Assembly (NCBI GenBank): GCA_045632405.1
Contig: JAZQWO010000017.1
Location: 12,512 to 76,511, forward strand
Origin: Eubacteriales bacterium
GTDB lineage: Bacteria > Bacillota > Clostridia > Oscillospirales > CAG-272
Direction: 5' to 3'
DNA: 64,000 nucleotides
Shown: in pieces, positions 10,175 to 20,176 of the stretch
How positions within the stretch are numbered: the first letter of the stretch is position 1
Layout: each line of letters opens with the position of its first letter
Translations under genes and position numbers: made by a program
The notes under the pieces: model-generated
What the model saw: the letters and a program-made list of their open reading frames with translations, nothing else
Databases searched by the model: none
What the model was told of the DNA's origin: nothing

Positions 10175-11428
10175 TTAATCTATAATTGAGCGTATATTTT
10201 TTTCGCTTAATCTGTTTAACATTTCCAGATTTGTTGTTTCTACATAATCAATAAATTTTTTACTATCAGATGTTATTATATTGTCTTTAATAATTCCTGC
10301 GTTTCTTTCGGCAAGAATTCCACAATCCTTCAAATTCTTGATTATGTTATCTTTGATAATAGTTCCTTTTACATTTCCTCTCAGATATATGCCACAGCCT
10401 GTTACACAGATATCTGTTTCTAACACGGCATCAATGTAATTATTGGTAATAATACATTCGGTTCCATAACTTTCAATTAATCTTGGATTTCTACTTGTTG
10501 AGGTTATAATATTTCCGTCAATTATGCATTTTTCAGCATAATTTTTTATTCCTATTCCCCTTATCGCATGGGTGGCAAGAATTTTATTTGATGAGATTTT
10601 TGCATAGCCTTTTCTGTTTTCAATACCGATTGACATTCCTGCCCATTCGCCAATAATGTTGTTTGATGTGATGATAGAAAAATATCCTTCGTTATAAAAT
10701 CCAAACGAACTGCCTTGTTCTCTTATTTTTCCTTCTGGGTGAGAAGAACAGGCTTTAATGTTGTTGCCTATAAACCTACCAAATCTGCCACTCGTATAAA
10801 TGCCAAAGGCTCGCTGACTCTCTCCAACACCTCGGTTTCTTGCGTATATGAAATTGTTTTGAACAGATATACTATTTCCCAAATGATTATATATACCGTA
10901 CACATTACATTCTTTGGTAAAGCTCTCGGTGCAGCATCTAACTTTTATATTACAGTTGGACACTGCCAAATTATGGGCACGTGTTTCCATATGGGTGCTT
11001 ATATCGGCACAATTATAGATGCCTATTAAATTCATTTGCTTTTGGCTCATTAATTCAATTGTGCAGCTTTCAAGTCTTGTACCAAAAGTTCCATTGTATA
11101 TTGCATAGAATGTCTTCGTTATATCCTTTGGATTTTTAACATAAATGTATATTTTCATATTTTTCAAGCATATGTTTTTTGCCAAACTGCTAACATAAAA
11201 CAATGCAATATCCGTATCAATGTTAACATTATCGTCAATTTCAACTTTGATAGTGCTATTCGATCCATCAATAACAATGTCAGGGCGATTAATAGTTATT
11301 ATTTTTCGAACAACGCTTTTTCCTATTGAAATTACATTGCTACTTTCAACAAATAAGTTAATATCACCTTTAAGCTTTATCTCTCGTGAGGTAGAATCAT
11401 TAATCAGTTTTTCAAGCGTGTTTTTCAT
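10175..11428 (-). CDS. right-handed parallel beta-helix (pectin lyase-like) protein
   Basis: repeated I.NN.I / GIY motifs; AGGAGG RBS before ATG at 11428. Confidence 0.7.
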   Translation of the reverse strand: MKNTLEKLINDSTSREIKLKGDINLFVESSNVISIGKSVVRKIITINRPDIVIDGSNSTIKVEIDDNVNIDTDIALFYVSSLAKNICLKNMKIYIYVKNPKDITKTFYAIYNGTFGTRLESCTIELMSQKQMNLIGIYNCADISTHMETRAHNLAVSNCNIKVRCCTESFTKECNVYGIYNHLGNSISVQNNFIYARNRGVGESQRAFGIYTSGRFGRFIGNNIKACSSHPEGKIREQGSSFGFYNEGYFSIITSNNIIGEWAGMSIGIENRKGYAKISSNKILATHAIRGIGIKNYAEKCIIDGNIITSTSRNPRLIESYGTECIITNNYIDAVLETDICVTGCGIYLRGNVKGTIIKDNIIKNLKDCGILAERNAGIIKDNIITSDSKKFIDYVETTNLEMLNRLSEKNIRSIID

Positions 11429-11503
11429 ATATTTCCTCCTTTCCTTAGATTTGAGGCTATCATAAGATAAATCCTCTACGAAGCCTATTTTATAGATTAA
11501 AAG

Positions 11504-11518
11504 TGACAACGTCTGTCA
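11504..11518. promoter_or_regulatory. palindromic operator TGACA-N5-TGTCA upstream of the beta-helix/Rhs operon
   Basis: second copy TGACA-N5-TGCCA at 11958-11972 upstream of the HTH gene. Confidence 0.5.
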
Positions 11519-11542
11519 ACGTTAAAAATAAATTTATGAAAT

Positions 11543-11920
11543 TTAAGAAAAAACAGTTGATTTGATATAAGAGGATTTTGAGTATTTATTTACAATTTCA
11601 ATTACTGATTCTATTTCATCAAAGGTAAGTATGCAAAATCCATAGGTTTTAATTTCAAAGACAATCTTATTTAACACCTTTTGATGTTCTTCTTTCATAT
11701 AGAATTTGTAATCACAATATATGTAATCGTCAATATAAGATACACCGCCACCATATCTTCCTTGCATAGTACGAATAGGTAGAAATCCGCTTAAATCACT
11801 TATATCTCTTAGGATTGTTCTTTCGGATACATTAAGCTCAGCAGCCAGCTCTGCTACCGTTGTTGTTCTCTTTCTATTTACAATTTTTAAAAGCTTATAC
11901 TGTCTTTCAAGAGTCTTCAA
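11543..11920 (-). CDS. HTH_11/DeoR-like winged-helix regulator (no WYL domain)
   Basis: TVAELAAELNVSERTILRDI..GRYGGG; TTG start with AGGAGG RBS. Confidence 0.8.
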   Translation of the reverse strand: MKTLERQYKLLKIVNRKRTTTVAELAAELNVSERTILRDISDLSGFLPIRTMQGRYGGGVSYIDDYIYCDYKFYMKEEHQKVLNKIVFEIKTYGFCILTFDEIESVIEIVNKYSKSSYIKSTVFS

Positions 11921-12089
11921 ATTTCTACCTCCTTTCGATTTTTGCAAATATAAAACCTGACAATAACTGCCAGGCATTAGTAAAATTATAGATAGAGGCC
12001 TTATATAAGCACACCGGTTCCTATTCATATAAGACCTCTATTTTTGGAAGACAATTCTAATTTAAATTTTTATATTTTAATGAAGTCTA

Positions 12090-12509
12090 TTAATTATATT
12101 TTTTTACACATTCAAGAACATCTGTTTCTGCTGTTGTAGCATCAATAGCTGTTAATGTATAAACCGCTTTATATGTTTTGCCTTGAGTAGCATCAAACTC
12201 TCCGCTTACAACTAACGAAGCACGTGTGCTTTCGTTTGCAAATGAAGCTACAAATACCCACTCGCCGTTTACTGATTCATACACATTAACAACGCCTGCC
12301 ATTTTCGTTGTCCCAATTCGTCTCGTCGCAGATGCTGTTACTAAGCCAACACCATCGAAATAACCTATATCTAAGTCGGCTGTAGAAATGTTTTCGTAGC
12401 AGGGAGCTACTCCATCGTTACCTGTTGCTGCAAAAGCTGTTACACTTAGTGATAAAATGCAAAGTACGCAAATGATAGCGGTTGTTAAAAGCTTTTTTGT
12501 TTTTTTCAT
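12090..12509 (-). CDS. secreted hypothetical protein
   Basis: signal peptide MKKTKKLL..TAFA; downstream of ECF/anti-sigma pair. Confidence 0.7.
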   Translation of the reverse strand: MKKTKKLLTTAIICVLCILSLSVTAFAATGNDGVAPCYENISTADLDIGYFDGVGLVTASATRRIGTTKMAGVVNVYESVNGEWVFVASFANESTRASLVVSGEFDATQGKTYKAVYTLTAIDATTAETDVLECVKKYN

Positions 12510-12592
12510 AATTACCTCTTTTCTGTGTCTTCCATAACAATAAGAAAAAAACTTGAAAATTGTGACACACAAAATTCAAGTTTTTTAAAATT

Positions 12593-13294
12593 TTATTCAA
12601 TTCGAGAAATTAAGTCCTTTAAAGTAGCAATATCGTAGCCATCCATCGTATAAAAATAATAGTCGTCAGACCAAAACATACTTATCTGTCCGTCATTATA
12701 ATCTATAATAGTTATGTAATTTTCTCCACAAACATAATTTGAAAGTGTTGCTGTCTCTGAATTTACATGAACAGAAGATGTTTCATCTAATATGCGCTGT
12801 TTGAAAGTTGCCAAATGTTCATCGCCTTTATAATAATCAGCCAAAAACATTCTTTTTCCATTTATCGCTATTTCTTCCTCTACACCCTCAGGCAATGTTG
12901 AAGGTTTGTGAACAACCTGTATTTCAGTTACAGCTTCGCTCTGCGTCGTATCATCACCATCATCGTGACTGATTTCAAAATACTCGTTATACATTTCCAC
13001 GATAGTGTTCCATACAGCTTGTCTTACAGCAGACACACTCATCATTGTCGTAAAGCTAAGCGACAGAACAACAAGGCATACGATCGCTACCCTAGAAAGT
13101 ACTCTTTTAAATTGAACCGTAAATGGTTCTATTTTTCCTTTACTAAGAATTTTTTCTTTATTTCTTTTGAACTTCTTGCTAAAAGTAACATTGGAGGTAT
13201 CAATACTGTTGTATAACTCTAATTCTTCGTCGCCACAACCCTCTACCAACAGTTCAAGTAGCAAGTCTGTTCTTTCATTACTTGAACAAGTCAT
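12593..13294 (-). CDS. anti-sigma factor-like membrane protein (DUF4367-like)
   Basis: FSKKFKR, single TM, P..LPEG motif; overlaps ECF sigma stop. Confidence 0.7.
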   Translation of the reverse strand: MTCSSNERTDLLLELLVEGCGDEELELYNSIDTSNVTFSKKFKRNKEKILSKGKIEPFTVQFKRVLSRVAIVCLVVLSLSFTTMMSVSAVRQAVWNTIVEMYNEYFEISHDDGDDTTQSEAVTEIQVVHKPSTLPEGVEEEIAINGKRMFLADYYKGDEHLATFKQRILDETSSVHVNSETATLSNYVCGENYITIIDYNDGQISMFWSDDYYFYTMDGYDIATLKDLISRIE

Positions 13295-13856
13295 AAAGTT
13301 CTTTACCTCCTACTTCTTTCAACTTTTTCTTTGCTCTTTGAATTCTTTTGCGTGCCATATCTTCGGAGATATGTAACGCCTCGCTGATTTCTTTTCCTTT
13401 CATTTTGTACTGAAATCTCAAAATTAAAACATGCCTGTATTGCGGCTCAAGAGAATCAATACATTCTCTTAATTTCTTTTTGAGTTCATTGTTTACCACG
13501 ATTTCAAAAACATCTGATGCTTCATCCTTTACATCATCTTCTCCTCTGTTATCATAATCAGTAGCATCTTTTGTTAAAGATTGATATTTAGTTCTGTCTT
13601 TGCATTTTGCTATTGCTGAATTTTTAATGCAAATAACCAAATATTTGATCTGATCTTCTTCAGGAAAAGATTTAAAACGTTCAAGCATATTAATAACCGA
13701 AAGAAATACATCTTGCACACAATCCTCGGCTAAGCTTTCATCTTTTACTATGGAATAAGCAATAACCTTTAATTTCAATTGGTGTTTTGAATATAATGCT
13801 TCAACGAATATGCGATCATCATCGGAGTCGATCGACATCAATAGAAACTGCAACAT
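13278..13856 (-). CDS. ECF RNA polymerase sigma factor
   Basis: AEDCVQDVFL region 2; EISEALHISEDMARKRIQRAKKKL region 4. Confidence 0.9.
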   Translation of the reverse strand: MLQFLLMSIDSDDDRIFVEALYSKHQLKLKVIAYSIVKDESLAEDCVQDVFLSVINMLERFKSFPEEDQIKYLVICIKNSAIAKCKDRTKYQSLTKDATDYDNRGEDDVKDEASDVFEIVVNNELKKKLRECIDSLEPQYRHVLILRFQYKMKGKEISEALHISEDMARKRIQRAKKKLKEVGGKELYDLFK

Positions 13857-13963
13857 AAATTCACCTCCCTTTATTTTTGTAAAGTCAAGGTAAATTATAT
13901 CACAATTTATTAATTGACTCAATATAATTTCCTATAACTTATATATTAATAAGTCAAAACTTT

Positions 13964-14362
13964 TCAAAATGTGACAAAATTTATTGAAATTTTTTTATTT
14001 TTTACAGAAAAATCTATAAATTTACAAATTTTTAATGCTTTTTCAAATAAATTTTTAGTCGGATTGAACTTTACATTGCTTTCTACATACAGCTTTTCTA
14101 CCAGTAAATTTACACAAACGGTGTCTTTTTCTTCTATTTGTAGTTTTCCACCTAATGCTTCGGCACAGTTGTTTACCATAAGAAGAAAATCTGCCAAATC
14201 CTTGAATTCATAATAGTCATTGCCAACAAAGTTATGTTCTAAAATGCCGATTACTTGCTGTATAGTTGTGTCTGAAATTTTTAAATCTACATATACATCC
14301 TCCCCCTTTATAAAATCTACAGCACTCTTAAAGTTTATTTCATAATTAAAATTCCATTTCAT
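13964..14362 (-). CDS. hypothetical protein
   Basis: ORF with AAGAGG RBS. Confidence 0.55.
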   Translation of the reverse strand: MKWNFNYEINFKSAVDFIKGEDVYVDLKISDTTIQQVIGILEHNFVGNDYYEFKDLADFLLMVNNCAEALGGKLQIEEKDTVCVNLLVEKLYVESNVKFNPTKNLFEKALKICKFIDFSVKNKKISINFVTF

Positions 14363-14417
14363 AAATATAACCTCTTTCTTTGTGAAAATTTGATGTACAA
14401 AATTATAAAATTCCAGC

Positions 14418-14579
14418 ACATCTATCTATACATTAAATGTGAGTATTTAAAACCTTATGTACACTTATTTTTAACAATATGGTATAATTTAGTCGAATTT
14501 CAGTTGCTTTGTTGACTTTTACTACTGCTATATGTTAAAATTTTCACGAAAAATGTACATTTAATGTATAGATAAATGT
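14418..14579. promoter_or_regulatory. segment bounded by 23-bp inverted repeats and containing promoters (candidate invertible switch)
   Basis: 14418-14440 vs 14557-14579 match 22/23; internal TGgTATAAT (14480) and TTGACT-18-TAAAAT (14512-14541). Confidence 0.55.
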
Positions 14580-14609
14580 ACAAAAAACTATGGCTGTGAA
14601 GTCATAATT

Positions 14610-15521
14610 TTATACTAGAGATTTTCCTACTTTGTTCATCATATCAATCTTGTGTGCAAATAATGAGTGTGCATATCTTTTAAGTGTGATAGTGGGGTTT
14701 TTGTGACCTAAAATCTCAGATAAAGTTTTTACATCAACTCCGCATTCTGTCGCTCTTGTAGCAAAAGTATGACGCAAAGAATGAAAGCCTTTGTGTTGTA
14801 TTCCCAATTTTACAAGCAAATTTTCAAAGGTTCTTTGGTACGAACGAATTTGCACCCCTTGATCAGTTCTGCCAAGCACTACAAACTCTCCTTTAGCTTC
14901 TTTCTTTAATTCCTTCAATAACGGGATTAGCTGCTTTGGAAACGGTATAATTCTTTCAGAGCCGATAGTCTTGGTAGAATCGAGTATTTTGATATACTTA
15001 CCATTCTGCCAAGTATCTCTACATGTTTTAGTTATGCTCATTGTAGCACACTTCATATCTACATCATCCCAAGTCAAAGCAAGAAGCTCACCTATTCTTA
15101 ATCCTGTATATAAACAAATTACTATTCCGTATAGGCTGAATTTTTTCTTATCAATGATATATCTTTCTATTTTGTGCTGCTCATCCTTACTAAAACACTC
15201 AACCTGCTTTTCACGGCATTTAGGTCTTTGAATCAATTCCATATAATTTCTTTTGATTTTCTCCAAGTTTGTCGCTATTTGTAAGCAATTATTGAGTATA
15301 TTAATAATTCCATTTACCGAGTTTGACGATAAACCCTCTTCCATAAGGTTAACTACAAATCTTTGCAGCTTTTCTGCTGATATCTCATCCAATTCATATT
15401 CGCCTAATTTAGGAATAATGTGTTTGCTAATTTGTTGCTCATACAAAGCTTGTGTTCTATACTTAGCTCTTGGCTTAACATAATATTCAAGCCATTCAGA
15501 TAGCCAATCCTTAAATTTCAT
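14610..15521 (-). CDS. tyrosine recombinase/integrase (no obvious arm-binding domain)
   Basis: GLRIGELLAL, TKT, HSLRHTFATR, LGHKNPTITLKRYAH catalytic motifs. Confidence 0.95.
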   Translation of the reverse strand: MKFKDWLSEWLEYYVKPRAKYRTQALYEQQISKHIIPKLGEYELDEISAEKLQRFVVNLMEEGLSSNSVNGIINILNNCLQIATNLEKIKRNYMELIQRPKCREKQVECFSKDEQHKIERYIIDKKKFSLYGIVICLYTGLRIGELLALTWDDVDMKCATMSITKTCRDTWQNGKYIKILDSTKTIGSERIIPFPKQLIPLLKELKKEAKGEFVVLGRTDQGVQIRSYQRTFENLLVKLGIQHKGFHSLRHTFATRATECGVDVKTLSEILGHKNPTITLKRYAHSLFAHKIDMMNKVGKSLV

Positions 15522-15654
15522 AATTTTAATCTCCTTTACTATGTATTTTGTACGCATATTCGTACTTTTATTGTGTATTAAAAAATATTGGTTTTGTAAA
15601 ATTTTTGTCAATGTTTGAAAGCTTTCACTAAATGTTTGAAAAGGTCATGTAAAC

Positions 15655-15846
15655 AGGGCGTGTGCTTGTCTTGAACAAGTGGCTCGGCTTCGCCTCGCCA
15701 GACAAGCACACACCCTCACTAAACCAACAAACAAAATCCATTTGAACGAAAGCCGAGGGGTTGCGGGTTTGGCGCTGAGCCGCTTGCCAAAACTCCGCAA
15801 TCACCCTCGGCGGCTTTTTCGTTATTCAATGTAGGATTTTTTGTTT
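15655..15846. other. candidate rolling-circle origin region (dso/sso-like hairpins)
   Basis: GC-rich stems in AT-rich context directly after rep; contains CTTGT-CTTGA-ACAAG and a long imperfect hairpin. Confidence 0.55.
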
Positions 15847-15855
15847 TAGTATAGG

Positions 15856-16896
15856 TTATACGTTAGAGGTCGGCATTTGCTTTATTACTTCTGGCGATAC
15901 CGTTCCCACATATTCGCCCTCTTTCCAACAAGTAAAGTCGTCAAAAAGCAGTAGCTTTCTGTCCTCTAAGCCAATATTACACACTACATCTTCTTCTAAT
16001 ATGTCAGAAACGAAGTATTGTGGTAAGCCTTTAGAATACACTATTTTTTCGCCTGTCTTTTCAATGTATTTCATCATATATGCTAAGGACTCTCCAATGT
16101 TCTCATTTTCATTCAATGGTTCAAAGTCTGTCCTTCCAAACAGTTCATTAAAATAGTCAGATTGCCACGTTTCTTGCATCCTTTTCTTTTTGGTGTTAAA
16201 ATCACGAACCTTTATTAAATATCCCGGTAATGTTTTATCGGGAATATAAAAAATGCCGTGAAAATGTAATCTTTGGTTTTTGGGAGATCTCTCCCATACT
16301 CCTATATACTTCCATCCCTTACGGTTTGCAAATGAGCCCAGCTTATTTCTTAACTTTTTTCTAAAAGAATCCTCTGTATGCTTCTTATCGTCATAAGTGA
16401 ATGTGCAGAAATAATTGAATTTTTGAAGGTTTGCTTTCCTTGTCATTCGTATTCTGCGACAGATAAGGTTTCGTTGCTTTCTTTCGAGCTGCTGATCTAC
16501 ATATTCTTCCGTTTTTTCAAGAGAATAGAAGTACGGTCTTAGCTTTTGTATCATAAGTTCTCGCCTTTTATCCTTCTTCATTTTAAGGGTTTCCCTATAC
16601 ATTTCTTCAAACAACTCTTTACGGGTTGTTTTTCTTGTTTTAGGCTTGCTCTGAGCCTCTTTTTCAACACTTTCTTGCTCATTCAAGTCTATGCTTGACT
16701 GAGAAAAATCCTCTGAATTTTCGGTTATTTCAAGGTCAAAAGGCGGTGCTTTTTCGTCTGTGTTTTCGGAGTCATTAACAGGAACTTCTATGATTTCCTC
16801 AAGGCGTGATACCGTTCTTTTTGTAGGCTTTTCTGTGTGCGGAATACCAATATAATGGCTTCCGTCAAAATATACCTTTGTTTGATAGTACGGCAT
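15856..16896 (-). CDS. HUH rolling-circle replication initiator (Rep)
   Basis: motif I YFCTFTY, motif II RLHFHGI, motif III YMMKY (two Tyr). Confidence 0.88.
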   Translation of the reverse strand: MPYYQTKVYFDGSHYIGIPHTEKPTKRTVSRLEEIIEVPVNDSENTDEKAPPFDLEITENSEDFSQSSIDLNEQESVEKEAQSKPKTRKTTRKELFEEMYRETLKMKKDKRRELMIQKLRPYFYSLEKTEEYVDQQLERKQRNLICRRIRMTRKANLQKFNYFCTFTYDDKKHTEDSFRKKLRNKLGSFANRKGWKYIGVWERSPKNQRLHFHGIFYIPDKTLPGYLIKVRDFNTKKKRMQETWQSDYFNELFGRTDFEPLNENENIGESLAYMMKYIEKTGEKIVYSKGLPQYFVSDILEEDVVCNIGLEDRKLLLFDDFTCWKEGEYVGTVSPEVIKQMPTSNV

Positions 16897-16930
16897 CCGA
16901 TTCCTCCTTTCCCACAGGCTTTAAATTTTA

Positions 16931-19060
16931 CTATGAGATAGTAGAGCCTGTGTTTGAATATAATGCGTCAATAAAATAACTATTTTGCATTCTAAGTTCA
17001 TCAACAGTAGCTCTTTCGGTTGTGTATTCGATATAATCGTCAAGTCCAATATTTGTATTTCTTGCTATGTCGTTAAAATAATCGCTAAAGCAGTCGGTTA
17101 AGAAACGTCTTGCATAAATCTTTTTGTTCATCAAGAAATACTTTTTTCTAACGATTTTCCCATCCATTCTTCCGTTTTCTTTTTCTATAATGGCTATGCT
17201 GTATCCATATTTGTTGTAATTTCTCAAATTGTATTTGAATAGTGCTGATATCACACTTTTGAGTAAGTGCATAAACAAGGTATTATCACCTCGTCTATGT
17301 CTAAAATCATAGTAGATTCCCAAAAACCAACCAAGTGATATTTCCACTATCATTTCCTCATAAATGTAAAATGGTAGTGCAATTCTTTGATTGCCACAGG
17401 ATGCAACAGTTAAAATGTCGCACAAATCCCTGGCATCTGCTCCCCAGCTTTCAGGTCTTTGCTCGTCTGTAAAAACCTTAATGAAAGGGAAATTATCTAT
17501 TGTTGCCGAGTGTCGGCACATTTTTAACCAAGAATTAAATAAATCGTTCTTTTGATTTGTTTCGTCCTTGCTTTTCTTAATTTCACGAAGCTCCAAGTTG
17601 TTACCTCGCTCCTTTCCAATCTCTGACATTACTAAAACACCAAATTCAAAACTGCCGGTTTTCGGATTATCCTCAAGAACCTTTCGTCCAAGCCTTAAAG
17701 CATCATAATCAATGATATGTGCATGCCTTCCTTCACAAGAAGTTGCTTCTGGAAAGAAATCATAAATCCACATAGGGAAGTTACCGGAGTCTATCATAAT
17801 GTTTTCAGTTCTGATAGAGTAGTTAGCTACAATAAGGCTGCTTTCAATTATGTAAACAAAATATAGCTGTGCATAGGTTGACAATACATCAAATAAGTAA
17901 AGATACTTTAGACCATCATCAAAAAACAAACCGTACCTGTTTATATCATAACCATAAAGCTGCCTTTGTGCATTTCCCGTTCTTTCAAATCTTTCTTGTT
18001 TCTTTGCCACCCAATCCTTGATGGTTGCAAGGTTATATACTGTATGGTATTCAATGCACCTTCTAAGCTCGTCCTCAAACGCAATCCACGGGAAGTTAGG
18101 AAAACGCAAATCATTCTTTTGTAGCAAGTCAACCGCTGTTTGCTTGAACATTACCTCTTGGCTAAGGGACATATCAGTTATAACTGTCGTTTTCTTTTTA
18201 CCCATAGAGCCGCAGGTCATTGAAACAATAGGCAGTTCCTTTATAAATCCACAGTTGCGTGCTTCCATGTGCCTTAACTGAGATTTTGCTATTCCTTTCC
18301 TGCGATTATGCAACCACCTTACAACAAAGATAAGTATAATCCACAGGGGGACGTGTATGAAAATAGCCTGTAAATCTATAAAAAGTTTACCAAATTGGAC
18401 GTAGAGTGTCGATAATTCGTATGTAACCACAAAGTAAAAATAGTATGCCAAGAACTCAATCAAGACTGTAATGATATTGAAATTTAGCAACCAAATTACA
18501 GTTGTCGCTGTAACAAGGTTCTGATTGCTCCTATAAAATCTTATGTATTGAGATGCAAAATTTCTTATAGGATGATACGATATTCCCATTAACTTTTTGT
18601 ACACTTTAAGGGGAATGGTATCACGATTATGATTTGTATTGCTTTTACTATATATTGCCTTAATAATCAACCACAGTATTAAGCCAACCGGTATTATGAT
18701 AACTAACGATTTTGCAAAATTACCCAACCATGTGGCTATATTTGACATATATAGATTAAGGTTTTCTCCTGTTGCAAATAGACTGAAATATGATTTCGCT
18801 TTGATTCCAAAGTTATCAAAGCTTTCTGGTAATATGTTTTTCCAATGCAAAACCTTAGAATAATCTATTACCGTCGGTTGAGCGTCGATATCAAGCATAA
18901 ATACCTCTTTGCCAAAAAATTTAAGACTATTCCAAAGGTCTTTAAGCGATTCCCAAACACGGAGATATGAGTCTTTATACACAAATATCGCAAGTGCTAC
19001 AAACCCACCGAATATTAGTATAGTTAGTATAATGTTAATTGCTCTTAATCTTCTATTCAT
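16931..19060 (-). CDS. multi-TM Zot/pI-like (FtsK-HerA superfamily) ATPase
   Basis: N-terminal TM helices; Walker A GSMGKKKTT, Walker B VLVMSE, KMCRH and TDEQRPESWGADARDL motifs. Confidence 0.75.
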   Translation of the reverse strand: MNRRLRAINIILTILIFGGFVALAIFVYKDSYLRVWESLKDLWNSLKFFGKEVFMLDIDAQPTVIDYSKVLHWKNILPESFDNFGIKAKSYFSLFATGENLNLYMSNIATWLGNFAKSLVIIIPVGLILWLIIKAIYSKSNTNHNRDTIPLKVYKKLMGISYHPIRNFASQYIRFYRSNQNLVTATTVIWLLNFNIITVLIEFLAYYFYFVVTYELSTLYVQFGKLFIDLQAIFIHVPLWIILIFVVRWLHNRRKGIAKSQLRHMEARNCGFIKELPIVSMTCGSMGKKKTTVITDMSLSQEVMFKQTAVDLLQKNDLRFPNFPWIAFEDELRRCIEYHTVYNLATIKDWVAKKQERFERTGNAQRQLYGYDINRYGLFFDDGLKYLYLFDVLSTYAQLYFVYIIESSLIVANYSIRTENIMIDSGNFPMWIYDFFPEATSCEGRHAHIIDYDALRLGRKVLEDNPKTGSFEFGVLVMSEIGKERGNNLELREIKKSKDETNQKNDLFNSWLKMCRHSATIDNFPFIKVFTDEQRPESWGADARDLCDILTVASCGNQRIALPFYIYEEMIVEISLGWFLGIYYDFRHRRGDNTLFMHLLKSVISALFKYNLRNYNKYGYSIAIIEKENGRMDGKIVRKKYFLMNKKIYARRFLTDCFSDYFNDIARNTNIGLDDYIEYTTERATVDELRMQNSYFIDALYSNTGSTIS

Positions 19061-19061
19061 A

Positions 19062-19403
19062 CTAACTCACCCCCAATACTACACGAAGCTGCAAATCAAA
19101 TAGTCCTTCGGGAACTGTTACAAAATAATATGGTGTTTCACCATCCAAATAAGTTATAACTCCGTCCTCAAAATTGTCGAAAATTAAAGATTTTCCCACA
19201 CCCTGTGTGTAAAATTTAGCCTCTAATGTGTCTGTAATCTCTAAAAAATACTCTTTGTTGTTATACTGATAAAATGTTCCTTTTAGTGCCTCCTCATTGC
19301 TTTCATTTGAAAATAATCGGCTACCTGTCATACACAAATAGCCGATTATCCATATTACCAGCAACAAGGACACAATCGCTATTATCCTTTTTACTGTTTT
19401 CAT
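19062..19403 (-). CDS. N-terminally anchored membrane protein
   Basis: single N-terminal TM; abuts ATPase start. Confidence 0.7.
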   Translation of the reverse strand: MKTVKRIIAIVSLLLVIWIIGYLCMTGSRLFSNESNEEALKGTFYQYNNKEYFLEITDTLEAKFYTQGVGKSLIFDNFEDGVITYLDGETPYYFVTVPEGLFDLQLRVVLGVS

Positions 19404-19412
19404 AATTTCCTC

Positions 19413-19679
19413 CTAACCTAAAGGAAATAAATGCTTATTAACGAAGTCGAGAACCTTATTTGATGCCTCTTTGTGAGCAGCCTTCTTTTCCTCGCTCGTT
19501 AATACGCGCTTTAAGCTCTTTTGTGCATTATACACCTTTGAGTGATATTCTTCATTTATCCAATTTTCTGGTGTAGGAACACCTGCATCAAAATTGATTT
19601 TACATAAAGTTTCCATTTGCTTTTTATGGTGCTTTTGGCTTTCCTTAAATTCTTTACGTTTTCTGAACCATCCTACCAT
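19413..19679 (-). CDS. small basic hypothetical protein
   Basis: AAGGAG RBS; tight operon packing. Confidence 0.65.
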   Translation of the reverse strand: MVGWFRKRKEFKESQKHHKKQMETLCKINFDAGVPTPENWINEEYHSKVYNAQKSLKRVLTSEEKKAAHKEASNKVLDFVNKHLFPLG

Positions 19680-19837
19680 ACTAAGTGTTTCTCCTTTACA
19701 TAGTTATTTTTATAGGCAATAGCATCAATCAAATCTTCTGCCTCAAAGTCGTGTAAAGACTGTCTACCCCTTAAATTGAATGTTTCAACCGCTACAAAAT
19801 ATCTGTATTCGGCTCTTACTATATGAAATGTTTTCAT
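19673..19837 (-). CDS. 54-aa hypothetical protein (absent from ORF track)
   Basis: MKTFHIVRAEYRYF..KHLVW; ATGA overlap with upstream stop; AAGGAG RBS. Confidence 0.55.
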   Translation of the reverse strand: MKTFHIVRAEYRYFVAVETFNLRGRQSLHDFEAEDLIDAIAYKNNYVKEKHLVW

Positions 19838-20166
19838 GAAAATTTCTCCTTTATTTTTTTATTATTTATTTTCCATTTGCGAATAATTCCCGTTGAAATG
19901 AAAGCGTTTTTTCTAAGAAAATCCACACACCTTTCAAATGATTTACTTGTTGTGTGGACGATACAGCCCATCTTGTTTAAGCAAAGAATAACTCTAAATC
20001 TGTTATTAGTTAAATAAACAATCTGGGCGTAATTACCGTCCTTTTCGTTGCGTAAGAAAAGCCTGCTTTCAAGTTCAAATGATAAGTTATCGTATGTTAC
20101 CTCATACCCAAGCGCCTCCGCTATGTAGTCGAAGTGTTTTGAAAAATCATAAGCCTTGAATGCCAT
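19834..20166 (-). CDS. hypothetical protein
   Basis: AAGGAG RBS; operonic. Confidence 0.65.
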   Translation of the reverse strand: MAFKAYDFSKHFDYIAEALGYEVTYDNLSFELESRLFLRNEKDGNYAQIVYLTNNRFRVILCLNKMGCIVHTTSKSFERCVDFLRKNAFISTGIIRKWKINNKKIKEKFS

Positions 20167-20176
20167 ACGCTACTCC

